Shown: piece after piece, positions 1 through 7,211 of the stretch | How the letters are laid out: the number at the start of each line of letters is the position of its first letter | Numbering within the stretch: position 1 is the first letter of the stretch | Assembly (NCBI GenBank): GCA_964543385.1 | Contig: CAZIYE010000001.1 | Span: forward strand, 240,001 to 272,000 | DNA: 32,000 nucleotides | Source: an uncultured Candidatus Saccharibacteria bacterium | GTDB taxonomy: Bacteria; Patescibacteriota; UBA1384; XYA2-FULL-43-10; 1-14-0-10-43-13 | Reading direction: 5' to 3' | Notes under the pieces: model-generated | Seen by the model: only the letters and a program-made list of their open reading frames with translations | What the model was told of the DNA's origin: nothing | Databases searched by the model: none | Translations under genes and position numbers: made by a program

Positions 1-87
1 TCTTCGGTGACGGTCATAAGCATATCCTTTAATGACATATGCTCATTTATAGATGTCTCGTAATGCATTTGGTCCATTCTATAAGTC

Positions 88-1602
88 TTATTTTATTATT
101 TCTTTCAATTCATCCAATTGCTTTTGCACTGCATCAATTTTTGCTTTGATCTCAGCACTCTTATCAACGGTAGCTGCGGGCTCATTAATCTTGATCTCAG
201 GCACCGCACTGCCTGTCACAACTGCTCCATTTTTAATAAATGTGTCCAGAGATGCTGCATTGTCGAAACCAGCGACCTTATTTGTCTTAGCATCAAATAA
301 TACCGTCTTCGCAATACCTGCGGCATCATTCGGTATTATCGAGAGCAACCAATAAAGATCTTTGCCAATTTTGAGCGGTCTTGGCTCTGCTAGATTAAAT
401 GCATCCCAGCTATAAGTTGGAAACTCTCTTTTAATATAATCAGCTGCCGCAACAGGACCCGTTAACTGTGAATTTTGATCATACTCAACAATTTCTCTTT
501 TGCCCGTCGTTGCATCAAAGATAAAAATCTTATAGACACCGTATGACCTGCCATATGGCTCAGCTACGACTAACTGTTTGAATCCTTCGTTTGTGGACAC
601 ATGAAATATTTTCTCACTCCCCGGTAAGGCGACTGTCTCTGTTTGATTTTTATGCAAAAACCACTTGTTTAGAAGACCACCTTTGTAAGCATATGAATCA
701 GTATAATAATTCACCAGCTCTTTTGGATACAACCGATTATTCTTAAGGAAAGAAATGTTTTGTGCTTCTTCTGGTGTGTAATCAGATATATAGCCGCCAG
801 CATCAACTAGCATCACACCTGCCCAGTAAGGTACTCGAAAAGGAAAACCCTTGTAGCCGATATAAGGCACAGCCGTTAGCCAATTGCCACTATCATCTTT
901 CAAATACACTGGTTCTGATGAATAATCAACGCCATATTTCTTTAATTTCAGTTGATAATATAAATTATCAAAAATTCCGATCCCCTCTGAGTATTTAAAT
1001 TCCTTGTCCTCAATGGCCACTTTTTTATCGATAGTATCAACTTCAACAGTCACAAAACCATTCAATTTGTTAGTAAAATATAGTATTCCGCCATCTGGCA
1101 ATCTAGGGAAAACTCTCTTTAATTTGCCATCAACCATGACGATTTGCGAATCACCCAACATCTCCTGAGGATTTTGAAAAGTATCAGCAGCATAACGCTT
1201 TGCGACCTGTTTTGGCGTCAGTCTAATTGGTTCGAAATTTGGCAAATCGACTTTTGCCTCATAGGTAACTTGTTTCGCAGTCAAAAGATATCTGATCTCG
1301 CTCTCAAAATTAAGAGCTACAAAAATAAGAATTAAAAAGACTATATAGCCAGAAATAATCAACGGTGAAACTTGATTTGATGCCTTGAATGTATAGTTTT
1401 GCATTCCCGTAGGTACCATAGTAATTTTGCCAAACTTCTTTAAAAGAAGAGCGACGCCGGCGATCAATGCAACGATCAAAATACCTTTGAGAGGGCTAAC
1501 CACAAAAAGCATATAGAAACCGTGAAAAAATGGCCTAAATAGCCAAATAAGTAGGACCAAAATAACAATCCAAATAAGAGAACGAGGATTTATCTTTTTC
1601 AT
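88..1602 (-). CDS. hypothetical membrane-anchored protein (~504 aa), function unknown
   Basis: ORF 88..1614. ATG at 1602 (MKKINPRS...) is preferred over TTG at 1614. N-terminal hydrophobic helices (LIWIVILVLLIWLF, GILIVALIAGVALLL, LIISGYIVFLILIFVAL) are followed by a ~400-aa soluble region ending in a short coiled coil (AEIKAKIDAVQKQLDELKEIIK). I cannot name a family motif. Confidence 0.7.
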   Translation of the reverse strand: MKKINPRSLIWIVILVLLIWLFRPFFHGFYMLFVVSPLKGILIVALIAGVALLLKKFGKITMVPTGMQNYTFKASNQVSPLIISGYIVFLILIFVALNFESEIRYLLTAKQVTYEAKVDLPNFEPIRLTPKQVAKRYAADTFQNPQEMLGDSQIVMVDGKLKRVFPRLPDGGILYFTNKLNGFVTVEVDTIDKKVAIEDKEFKYSEGIGIFDNLYYQLKLKKYGVDYSSEPVYLKDDSGNWLTAVPYIGYKGFPFRVPYWAGVMLVDAGGYISDYTPEEAQNISFLKNNRLYPKELVNYYTDSYAYKGGLLNKWFLHKNQTETVALPGSEKIFHVSTNEGFKQLVVAEPYGRSYGVYKIFIFDATTGKREIVEYDQNSQLTGPVAAADYIKREFPTYSWDAFNLAEPRPLKIGKDLYWLLSIIPNDAAGIAKTVLFDAKTNKVAGFDNAASLDTFIKNGAVVTGSAVPEIKINEPAATVDKSAEIKAKIDAVQKQLDELKEIIK

Positions 1603-1635
1603 AAAATCACCCAATTAATTATTGTAATTAATTTG

Positions 1636-1643
1636 ATTATACA
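1636..1643 (-). promoter_or_regulatory. candidate -10 element (TGTATAAT) upstream of the 88..1602 gene
   Basis: Minus strand reads cattgTATAATcaaatt about 35 nt upstream of the ATG. The same TGTATAAT octamer sits upstream of two other genes, at 2542-2549 (+) and 30932-30939 (-). No convincing -35. Confidence 0.35.
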
Positions 1644-1689
1644 ATGATTAACTAAAGAATCATATCGTCCGCGGATCACCGTATAATCT

Positions 1690-2049
1690 CTACTTCGAAA
1701 TAAAACTAATAGATAGAGAATTAACACAATGACGAATATTCTTAGGTGTCAGATTTTCCCCTTCGAAAATATGGCCTAAATGGGCGCCACAATTAGCACA
1801 AGTTATTTCAGTTCTAACCCCATCAGCATCAGGAATATGCTTTACTGCACCCCGAAATTCATCGTCGAAAGCCGGCCAACCACAGCCGGACTTGAATTTA
1901 GATTCTGAACTATAAAGAGGATTATTACACCTAGCACAAACATAAACACCATCATTGAAAAAATCATTATATTTGCCAGAAAAAGGTGGCTCAGTAGCCT
2001 TATCTGAAATTACTTTTTCTTGTTCCGGAGTAAGTTTGTTATATTTCAT
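1690..2049 (-). CDS. msrB: peptide-methionine (R)-S-oxide reductase MsrB (zinc-binding form)
   Basis: 119-aa ORF with SelR/MsrB hallmarks: two CxxC pairs (CARC, CANC), GCGWPAF, GHIFEGE, and catalytic RHCVNS. Confidence 0.92.
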   Translation of the reverse strand: MKYNKLTPEQEKVISDKATEPPFSGKYNDFFNDGVYVCARCNNPLYSSESKFKSGCGWPAFDDEFRGAVKHIPDADGVRTEITCANCGAHLGHIFEGENLTPKNIRHCVNSLSISFISK

Positions 2050-2083
2050 GTTTTAATTGTAAAACAAAAAAGAATAAAATACA

Positions 2084-2200
2084 TTGACTATTCTCTACAT
2101 AAGAGTAATGTTAAATGCATAGGGTACGGTTTTAAAAAGGATTCGTCTTTTCTTAGACCTACTCGGGAGAGTCGCAGCATACGGGCTCTCTCTTTTTCTT
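2084..2200 (+). ncRNA. candidate small transcript (promoter plus intrinsic terminator, no ORF)
   Basis: TTGACT (2084-2089), 16 nt, TAATGT (2106-2111). About 55 nt downstream is a 7-bp stem, gagagtc 2167-2173 / ggctctc 2184-2190 (one G-U), followed by tcTTTTTc. It lies in the msrB upstream region on the opposite strand. Confidence 0.3.
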
Positions 2201-2221
2201 GCCATTTTACAAAAAGAATAT

Positions 2222-2259
2222 AAAAAAAATACCTCTAACTTTTGTTAGAGGTATTTTTT
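2222..2259. terminator. bidirectional rho-independent terminator
   Basis: Perfect 11-bp stem atacctctaac (2229-2239) / gttagaggtat (2244-2254) with loop tttt. It is flanked by an A7 run upstream and a T5 run downstream. It sits just downstream of the 53-aa minus-strand ORF. Confidence 0.8.
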
Positions 2260-2268
2260 GTAGAGTAC

Positions 2269-2430
2269 TTACTTATCGTATTTTTCAACAAACTTTTTAA
2301 TTTCCTCAATGTTTTCCAAGACGAGCTTCGCCTTTTTCACACCAAATTGAAAAGGATATTTATCCTCTTCATCATTTTTCAGAACGATCATCTTATTACC
2401 TTTGAACTCTGACTCAGACACAATAGCCAT
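2269..2430 (-). CDS. small protein, 53 aa (below the ORF-track cutoff), tentative PC4/YdbC-like pattern
   Basis: ATG at 2430 is preceded by AAAGGAGAGAG (SD) at about 6-nt spacing; TAA at 2269-2271. Translation: MAIVSESEFKGNKMIVLKNDEEDKYPFQFGVKKAKLVLENIEEIKKFVEKYDK. It has its own promoter-like element and a downstream terminator. The EFKG..(I/V)L..../.KKAKL.L...EEI pattern recalls PC4-type ssDNA-binding domains, but this is weak. Confidence 0.55.
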   Translation of the reverse strand: MAIVSESEFKGNKMIVLKNDEEDKYPFQFGVKKAKLVLENIEEIKKFVEKYDK

Positions 2431-2456
2431 AACTACTCTCTCCTTTAATTTTTTAC

Positions 2457-2485
2457 TGAATATATCTTACCAAAACTAGTGCCAA
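2457..2485 (-). promoter_or_regulatory. candidate sigma70-type promoter for the 53-aa ORF
   Basis: Minus strand: TTGGCA (2485-2480), 17 nt, TATTCA (2462-2457). Confidence 0.4.
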
Positions 2486-2520
2486 AATTGTATGTACTTA
2501 ATGCATAAATATCTACAGAA

Positions 2521-2549
2521 TAAACAGGTATTTACAATTGCTGTATAAT
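2521..2549 (+). promoter_or_regulatory. candidate promoter for the NMO/FabK-like gene
   Basis: TAAACA (2521-2526), then a 17-nt spacer ending in TG, then a perfect TATAAT (2544-2549). It lies about 60 nt upstream of the SD-preceded ATG at 2613. Confidence 0.45.
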
Positions 2550-2612
2550 GCATTGAGGGAATGCTTCATCAGAAGCAAATTTTTCAACGCAGAAAGCAAA
2601 GGAGAGTGTTTG

Positions 2613-3692
2613 ATGAGGTCGCTACCGACCATCAGTTTTGCTGGAAAAGTAGGATCTATAGTTCTGGGAGGTATGGGTGGGTTAGTAGGAACACCAAAGT
2701 TAGCAGCAACCGTTGCAAACGAAGGTGGTGTCGGAACCGTCTCATTCGTAGCGCTAGACCGCTATGTCGAGGCAAAGACCGGCTGCAAAGCAACCCCCCA
2801 AGAAGCATCCAGATTTGCCATCGAAGAGGCAAAAGGGCTGCGCCATGACAAAGCAGGACCAATTTTCCTGAATGTTATGACCCTCATGAATGACTATAGA
2901 CCCTCAGTGTTAGGTGCTGTTGAGGCAGGAGCAGACGGGATCATTGCTGGAGCAGGTCTTCCAACCGGCTTAGCAGAGATTGTTGGCGATGCCGACATAG
3001 AGCTGTGGCCAATTGTCTCCTCAGCACGAGCCCTTGCGATCATCTGCCGTTACTGGGCAAAACGAGGCAGAAAACCAAGTGGCGTTATTATCGAAGGACC
3101 GCTCGCCGGCGGTCATCTTGGCTTCAATTTCGAAGATATCTACAAGCCCGAGTACCAACTCGAAGCAATCTTTGTAGATATACTGAGACTTTGCCAAGAG
3201 CAGGACATTCACCAAATAGTCGTCGCTGGCGGCATTTGGGATACAGCAGACATCGTTCGCTGGCTCGACTTAGGCGCCACAGGCGTCCAACTAGGAACAC
3301 GCTTCCTGGCAACAGAGGAAAGTGGTGCCTCTGACGACTTCAAGGCAGCAATTGTAAAAGCCACAGCTGCCGACATCGTAGTTGCGATGAATCCAGGATC
3401 TCCATCCGGAATGCCCTTCAGGGTCATCGCAGACTCGCCCGGTTATATCCAAGCCCTTCGGCGAGATCGACAATTCCGCTGCATGTTGAAATACATGCTC
3501 CACGATGGGTCATGCAGAGCTACACAAAGCACAGACCATTTCTGCATCTGCGACGGCCTCCTATCAGCCGTTGGCCGACATCCCGACAAGAGTGCACTAG
3601 CGCTCTATACTTGTGGCACAAACGCCGCAAGAGTTGACCGTATCATGACGGTCAAAGGCCTCATGGATGAACTCAAAGGTATCACAAAATGA
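2613..3692 (+). CDS. nitronate monooxygenase / FabK-like FMN-dependent oxidoreductase (NMO family), 359 aa
   Basis: ORF 2538..3692. The internal ATG at 2613 has AAAGGAGAG 6 nt upstream and is preferred. Motifs: GGMGG..GTPKLAATVANEGGVG, IIEGPLAGGHLG, VVAGGI.D...I...L.LGA.GVQLGTRFLATEES. C-terminal Cys-rich tail. Clearly higher G+C than neighbours: hand counts of 50% and 57% on two lines. Confidence 0.85.
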   Translation: MRSLPTISFAGKVGSIVLGGMGGLVGTPKLAATVANEGGVGTVSFVALDRYVEAKTGCKATPQEASRFAIEEAKGLRHDKAGPIFLNVMTLMNDYRPSVLGAVEAGADGIIAGAGLPTGLAEIVGDADIELWPIVSSARALAIICRYWAKRGRKPSGVIIEGPLAGGHLGFNFEDIYKPEYQLEAIFVDILRLCQEQDIHQIVVAGGIWDTADIVRWLDLGATGVQLGTRFLATEESGASDDFKAAIVKATAADIVVAMNPGSPSGMPFRVIADSPGYIQALRRDRQFRCMLKYMLHDGSCRATQSTDHFCICDGLLSAVGRHPDKSALALYTCGTNAARVDRIMTVKGLMDELKGITK

Positions 3693-3709
3693 TCCCTCGC
3701 ATCGACACC

Positions 3710-3754
3710 GTCGCCTGCCCTTCAGTTTACTGGATGGCAGGCGACTTCTTTTTC
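3710..3754 (+). terminator. rho-independent terminator of the NMO-like gene
   Basis: 10-bp GC-rich stem gtcgcctgcc (3710-3719) / ggcaggcgac (3736-3745) followed by ttcttttt. Confidence 0.8.
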
Positions 3755-3771
3755 ATAAGATCAAAAAAAAT

Positions 3772-5223
3772 TTAAACTTTACCTAGATCTAATTCATCAT
3801 CAAACCTTATTTGACTGACGAAATCAGGCATATGACTGACCATGATTAGAGCGCCCTCATATTTATCAACCGCCTTGGCAATTATTGGCAAATGACGGAA
3901 ATTAATATGATTTGTCGGCTCATCTAGAATCAAAAGCCCCGGTTGCATCAATGTCAGACGTGCAAAAGATAGCAAACCCTTTTGTCCTTCTGACAAATCA
4001 CTAACTTTATGGCCCATCAAGTCTCCACCGATTAGAAAACCGGCTGCAATAGAACGCATTGCCTGTATATCCATACTGCCGATTTTAGCACTGCAAAGTG
4101 AATCAAAAACAGTCTGGTCGAAATCAAGATTTGAAAAATCCTGACTATAATATCCGACCTTGGCTTCATCCAAGATCTTGGCATACTGATTCTTGCCGGA
4201 TACTAGCGAACGCAAGAATGTACTCTTGCCAATTCCGTTTGGCCCAGTCACAATAAAATGCATTCGTTTACGGATAATCTTTTCAACTTCTCTTACTCGA
4301 GTCTCGTGATTACGGAAAGCGGTCAAACCACTGATAGTCACAAGATCACCAACAATGTCCTGTACTGGGATATTGAATTCTTTAATAGTCCTATCCTCGT
4401 GTCTAACATCGACAATTTCCTCTTCCATTTCAGCAGCTTCATCCTTCAATTTCTGAGCTAATTTTCGCATCTTACCACCCTTATTGGAAAAGAAGTTCAC
4501 TTTTTCTTTGCGATCTATAATCGATCTTTTTAGTTGAGCGTTTTTTCGCTCCTCACTCTGAACTCGTCTCGCGATCTCTTCCACCACTGAATAATAGTCA
4601 CCGACATAATACTCAATCTTGCGACTGAAAACATTTAGATAAATTACACCTTCTGTAAAACAGTTCAAAAAGTCAGCATCATGCGAAATAACGATCACCG
4701 TCTTGTTGTATCTGATCAAAAATTCGATTAAGTGGTCAATCCCTGCCTGATCAAGATTATTGGTCGGCTCATCAAGTAGTAAAATGTCTGAATTCTGGAT
4801 CAGAGCATATGCCAACAAAAGTCTTGCTTGCTGTCCGCCAGAAAGGTCCCCTACTCGCCTACCGATTGGAATATCGAGATTTACCGCATCCATAACTTTG
4901 TGGATTTTGCTCGGCAAATCATTTGACCGAATCTCAAAGGCTTTGGCAAAATATTCTTCCACAGACAAATCAAGATCTTCACGAGCCACAACTTGGCGGG
5001 CAGTGGCGATAGTAATGTCTTTGGCAATATTGATCTGACCTGATTTCGGCTTTATTTCTCCGGTAATCATGCCAAAGAGAGTGCTTTTGCCTGCTCCGTT
5101 TTGTCCCATCAGAGTAATCTTGGAATTTCTGCGAATAGAAAAAATAGCCTCATCGAGTAGAGGCTTATCATGCTGATATTCAAAACAAACATCATCAAAT
5201 CTTAAAATAACTTCTTCACTCAT
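3772..5223 (-). CDS. ABC-F family ATPase (two tandem ABC domains, no TM domain), 483 aa
   Basis: Two Walker A motifs (GQNGAGKST, GPNGIGKST), two signature motifs (LSGGQQARL, LSEGQKG) and two Walker B motifs (LLLDEPTNNLD, LILDEPTNH). A charged linker (RRVQSEERKNAQLKRSIIDRKEK..) lies between the domains. Confidence 0.9.
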   Translation of the reverse strand: MSEEVILRFDDVCFEYQHDKPLLDEAIFSIRRNSKITLMGQNGAGKSTLFGMITGEIKPKSGQINIAKDITIATARQVVAREDLDLSVEEYFAKAFEIRSNDLPSKIHKVMDAVNLDIPIGRRVGDLSGGQQARLLLAYALIQNSDILLLDEPTNNLDQAGIDHLIEFLIRYNKTVIVISHDADFLNCFTEGVIYLNVFSRKIEYYVGDYYSVVEEIARRVQSEERKNAQLKRSIIDRKEKVNFFSNKGGKMRKLAQKLKDEAAEMEEEIVDVRHEDRTIKEFNIPVQDIVGDLVTISGLTAFRNHETRVREVEKIIRKRMHFIVTGPNGIGKSTFLRSLVSGKNQYAKILDEAKVGYYSQDFSNLDFDQTVFDSLCSAKIGSMDIQAMRSIAAGFLIGGDLMGHKVSDLSEGQKGLLSFARLTLMQPGLLILDEPTNHINFRHLPIIAKAVDKYEGALIMVSHMPDFVSQIRFDDELDLGKV

Positions 5224-5234
5224 ATCTTGGTCTC

Positions 5235-5275
5235 AAAATAAAAAAGGCGTAACCTACGCCATTGGTATTATTATA
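5235..5275 (-). promoter_or_regulatory. leader of the ABC-F gene: -10 box, 2-codon mini-ORF and terminator-like hairpin (possible attenuator)
   Basis: Minus strand reads TATAAT (5275-5270), aatacca, ATG GCG TAG, with the stem GGCGTA (5251-5246) ggt TACGCC (5260-5255) overlapping the mini-ORF, then TTTTTATTTT, only about 11 nt before the ABC-F ATG (5223). Confidence 0.45.
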
Positions 5276-5329
5276 GCACATTCATCACAAAAGTACAGAT
5301 ATTAACAACAATTGTTTCTCTTTTTATCG

Positions 5330-5361
5330 TTGCGGAGCTCTGGTTTATCAGAGCTCCGCAA
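5330..5361. repeat. perfect 13-bp inverted repeat (stem-loop)
   Basis: ttgcggagctctg (5330-5342), loop gtttat, cagagctccgcaa (5349-5361). It lies just downstream (minus sense) of the 30-aa ORF. There is no clean T-run on the minus strand; tctttt follows on the plus strand. Confidence 0.6.
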
Positions 5362-5372
5362 TCTTTTCCACA

Positions 5373-5465
5373 CTATTTACTACTTGTAAGCGGTCCAAGA
5401 CCTTTTTGTTTCTTGTTCTTCTTTGGCTTCTTGACCTCTTTTTTAGCACCCTTATCTTTTCCCAT
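5373..5465 (-). CDS. small lysine-rich basic peptide, 30 aa (below the ORF-track cutoff)
   Basis: ATG at 5465 is preceded by AAAGAGGG at 4-nt spacing; TAG at 5373-5375. Translation: MGKDKGAKKEVKKPKKNKKQKGLGPLTSSK. A stem-loop follows. Confidence 0.4.
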   Translation of the reverse strand: MGKDKGAKKEVKKPKKNKKQKGLGPLTSSK

Positions 5466-5533
5466 ATAACCCTCTTTTTATTTAATTATTTTTATTCTAC
5501 CAGAAAAAATTGATTTATTGTAAAAGATGATTA

Positions 5534-5755
5534 CTATTTTCTTTGTCTAATAAATTCTATTTCTAGCGCAATATAGCCAATCCCAAGTATGATCAATCCG
5601 CCAATCACCTTCTGACTTGGAATATTAAAAGTCGTGGTACCAAAATAATTGAACAACCAAGTTACTGCTCCAATTGCAAATATCGTTGCCCCCGCCAAAA
5701 TCAAGAACATCGCAACCCCAAGAAATGAAACTTTGTTTGGATCTCTTGAAAACAT
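5534..5755 (-). CDS. small membrane protein, 73 aa, two predicted TM helices
   Basis: Perfect AAGGAGG sits 3-4 nt upstream of the ATG. Hydrophobic segments: FLGVAMFLILAGATIFAIGAVTWLF and VIGGLIILGIGYIALEI. Confidence 0.75.
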   Translation of the reverse strand: MFSRDPNKVSFLGVAMFLILAGATIFAIGAVTWLFNYFGTTTFNIPSQKVIGGLIILGIGYIALEIEFIRQRK

Positions 5756-5945
5756 AGTCCTCCTTATAATTATTATTTGCTCTCAAATAGTTCTATGGCG
5801 AATCCAGTAGGATCTTTTATAAAAGCATAGCACTTCGTGAGTTATTCATAAAGCCAAGATAACGATCTTTATCGCTTATTATGAAGTTATCATAGAAACA
5901 TCAAGAAAAGATGAAGAAGATTCTTTATCCCATCTCTTGATCGGA

Positions 5946-6290
5946 TTAGACTTCATTATGTAATCTATAGCATTTACAGGGTTTCTGCTTCAATATCTCC
6001 ACCTGCTCCTCGGGTGTATTAATGAATTCATTCTGAATATTACTACCGGTAGCTAATTCTTCGTCCAATTCGGAATTATGTTTCCATCCTCGCCTTATAA
6101 TCTCGGCTGCTTCTTCCTGATGGCGATTATAGAGCGCTTTTAGCTTACCTGCCCATCTTTTTGTCTCAGGATGGTTAGAATATCCCTTTTTCTCTTCCGT
6201 TAGGATATTCCAGATAGCATGAAGCTCTCGATGTTCGCCAAGTAGATGATTGTCACAGAGAAGTTCTGGTTTTAGATCCCAAATACGCAT
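5946..6290 (-). CDS. pyrimidine-dimer DNA glycosylase / endonuclease V-like (DenV family) protein, 114 aa
   Basis: N-terminal pattern MRIWDL.PE.LC..HLLGEHRELHAIW.I....KKGYSNHPET.RW...L..L..RH is the one I associate with short bacterial DenV-like (Pyr_excise) proteins. No SD. It lies 22 nt downstream of the HD gene. Confidence 0.6.
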   Translation of the reverse strand: MRIWDLKPELLCDNHLLGEHRELHAIWNILTEEKKGYSNHPETKRWAGKLKALYNRHQEEAAEIIRRGWKHNSELDEELATGSNIQNEFINTPEEQVEILKQKPCKCYRLHNEV

Positions 6291-6312
6291 ATAAGTTTTT
6301 AATAAAAATTAG

Positions 6313-6840
6313 TTATTTGTTTTTAGTATATACTGCATTGAGTGTGGTGAATATTGCATCATCGAAATCAGCGGGCTTCATCTCGAGTATCATACCAGAG
6401 ACGTCGTTCAAATAATCTACTCCTGCTTGCCATTCAATAGTTGGATGATAAGTATAGTTTTCCAAGGTATCAGCAGCCTTGATTATTAGTGCATCTTGAC
6501 CGGCTTCGATACAATTGGCTACCATTTTTCTCTTGCGCTCTTTTTTGTCGGCTATACTGTCATCTTTTGTATTGGCAAGGACAAAATCAGCCACTTCTTT
6601 ACCAAATATATTAGTAATTTCGTCGATAGTTGTATCTGTATCCTCAAGCAAATCATGCATAAAGCCGGCCAAAACAATTTCTACTCTATAGCCATGATCA
6701 TATAAATAAATCCCCACGTGTATAGAGTGAAATAAAACTGGTTTTGTAAGCCCATCGGCGTTTTTGAATTTTTCGGTTATAAGAAAAATTGCTTTTTCAA
6801 TTTCTTCTCTATTTAATGTTTCCTGTTTCTTCTCTGGCAT
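6313..6840 (-). CDS. HD-domain hydrolase, SpoT/Mesh1-like (putative small alarmone hydrolase), 175 aa
   Basis: HS..HV......G......LAGFMHDLLEDT matches the RelA/SpoT-type HD motif (H...HD..ED). The size and absence of a synthetase domain fit stand-alone hydrolases. Confidence 0.7.
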   Translation of the reverse strand: MPEKKQETLNREEIEKAIFLITEKFKNADGLTKPVLFHSIHVGIYLYDHGYRVEIVLAGFMHDLLEDTDTTIDEITNIFGKEVADFVLANTKDDSIADKKERKRKMVANCIEAGQDALIIKAADTLENYTYHPTIEWQAGVDYLNDVSGMILEMKPADFDDAIFTTLNAVYTKNK

Positions 6841-6931
6841 TTTTATCCCTTATAAATTTAGTCTTCTACCACTACTTTAGCACTTTAAACCTAGTCAATA
6901 AAGTTAGCGCATATTCAACAAAACTAAGCGC

Positions 6932-7077
6932 TTGACAAACATGATGTAATATCATATTATTTATTCAATGACAAACAAGACTTTAAAAGTTAGAAGAGAA
7001 ATCACCCTTTAGCACTTGGGTCTTTTCGCATTTCTAACTTTCCAAAGATACTGCAGCCCAAGTGGCTGCTTTTTTTA
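6932..7077 (+). ncRNA. candidate ~110-nt transcript (sRNA, or leaderless 14-codon mini-ORF) with its own promoter and terminator
   Basis: TTGACA (6932-6937), 17 nt, TATTAT (6955-6960). ATG at 6968 lies at the expected TSS (MTNKTLKVRREITL, stop 7010-7012). Internal 10-bp stem aaagttagaa (6986-6995) / ttctaacttt (7032-7041). Terminator gcagcc (7053-7058) caagt ggctgc (7064-7069) plus T7. Confidence 0.4.
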
Positions 7078-7211
7078 TTTTATATTCCATAACTATCACA
7101 TGATTTACTTAGACCAAAAATTATCAAATTTGAGAAGACATGCCAGAGCTATATCGGCAGGCTATTTTCTCGTTGGGATAATCTAGGCTTAAGTGATTTA
7201 AGATATTCCAT

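Noticed and set aside
1-23. Possible 5' end of another minus-strand gene running off the left edge (ATG at 17 or 23, with an AAAGGA-like SD upstream)
   Set aside because: Only 5-7 codons are visible, so it cannot be supported or identified.
53-1335. Plus-strand ORFs of 60-100 aa antisense to the 88..1602 gene. The same applies to antisense or alternate-frame ORFs inside ABC-F, recJ, the mur genes, ftsI, glyQS, recO and the glmU-like gene.
   Set aside because: They are nested in longer, motif-supported genes, and they lack SDs. They show hydrophobic or low-complexity composition typical of antisense frames in AT-rich DNA.
2020-2223. 67-aa plus-strand ORF across the msrB start and upstream spacer
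   Set aside because: It starts antisense inside msrB, has no SD, and crosses the promoter and terminator elements. Its composition is low-complexity.
2538-2612. 25-codon N-terminal extension of the NMO-like ORF; likewise the 19-codon extension of glyQS at 24166-24222
   Set aside because: Neither extension has an SD, and each overlaps the predicted promoter or leader. The internal ATGs at 2613 and 24165 have good SDs and give N-termini matching the family.
2561-3503. Cluster of 60-109-aa ORFs in five other frames across the NMO-like gene
   Set aside because: All are nested in or antisense to the motif-supported 359-aa frame. They are Arg/Leu/Pro-rich, as is typical of off-frame translation of GC-rich DNA.
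6875-7017. 11-mer ctttagcactt present twice (6875-6885, 7007-7017); 11-mer atattccataa present twice (7082-7092, 7203-7213)
   Set aside because: In AT-rich spacers, about one such nearby 11-mer coincidence is expected by chance. Neither pair flanks the GC-rich gene the way a target-site duplication would.
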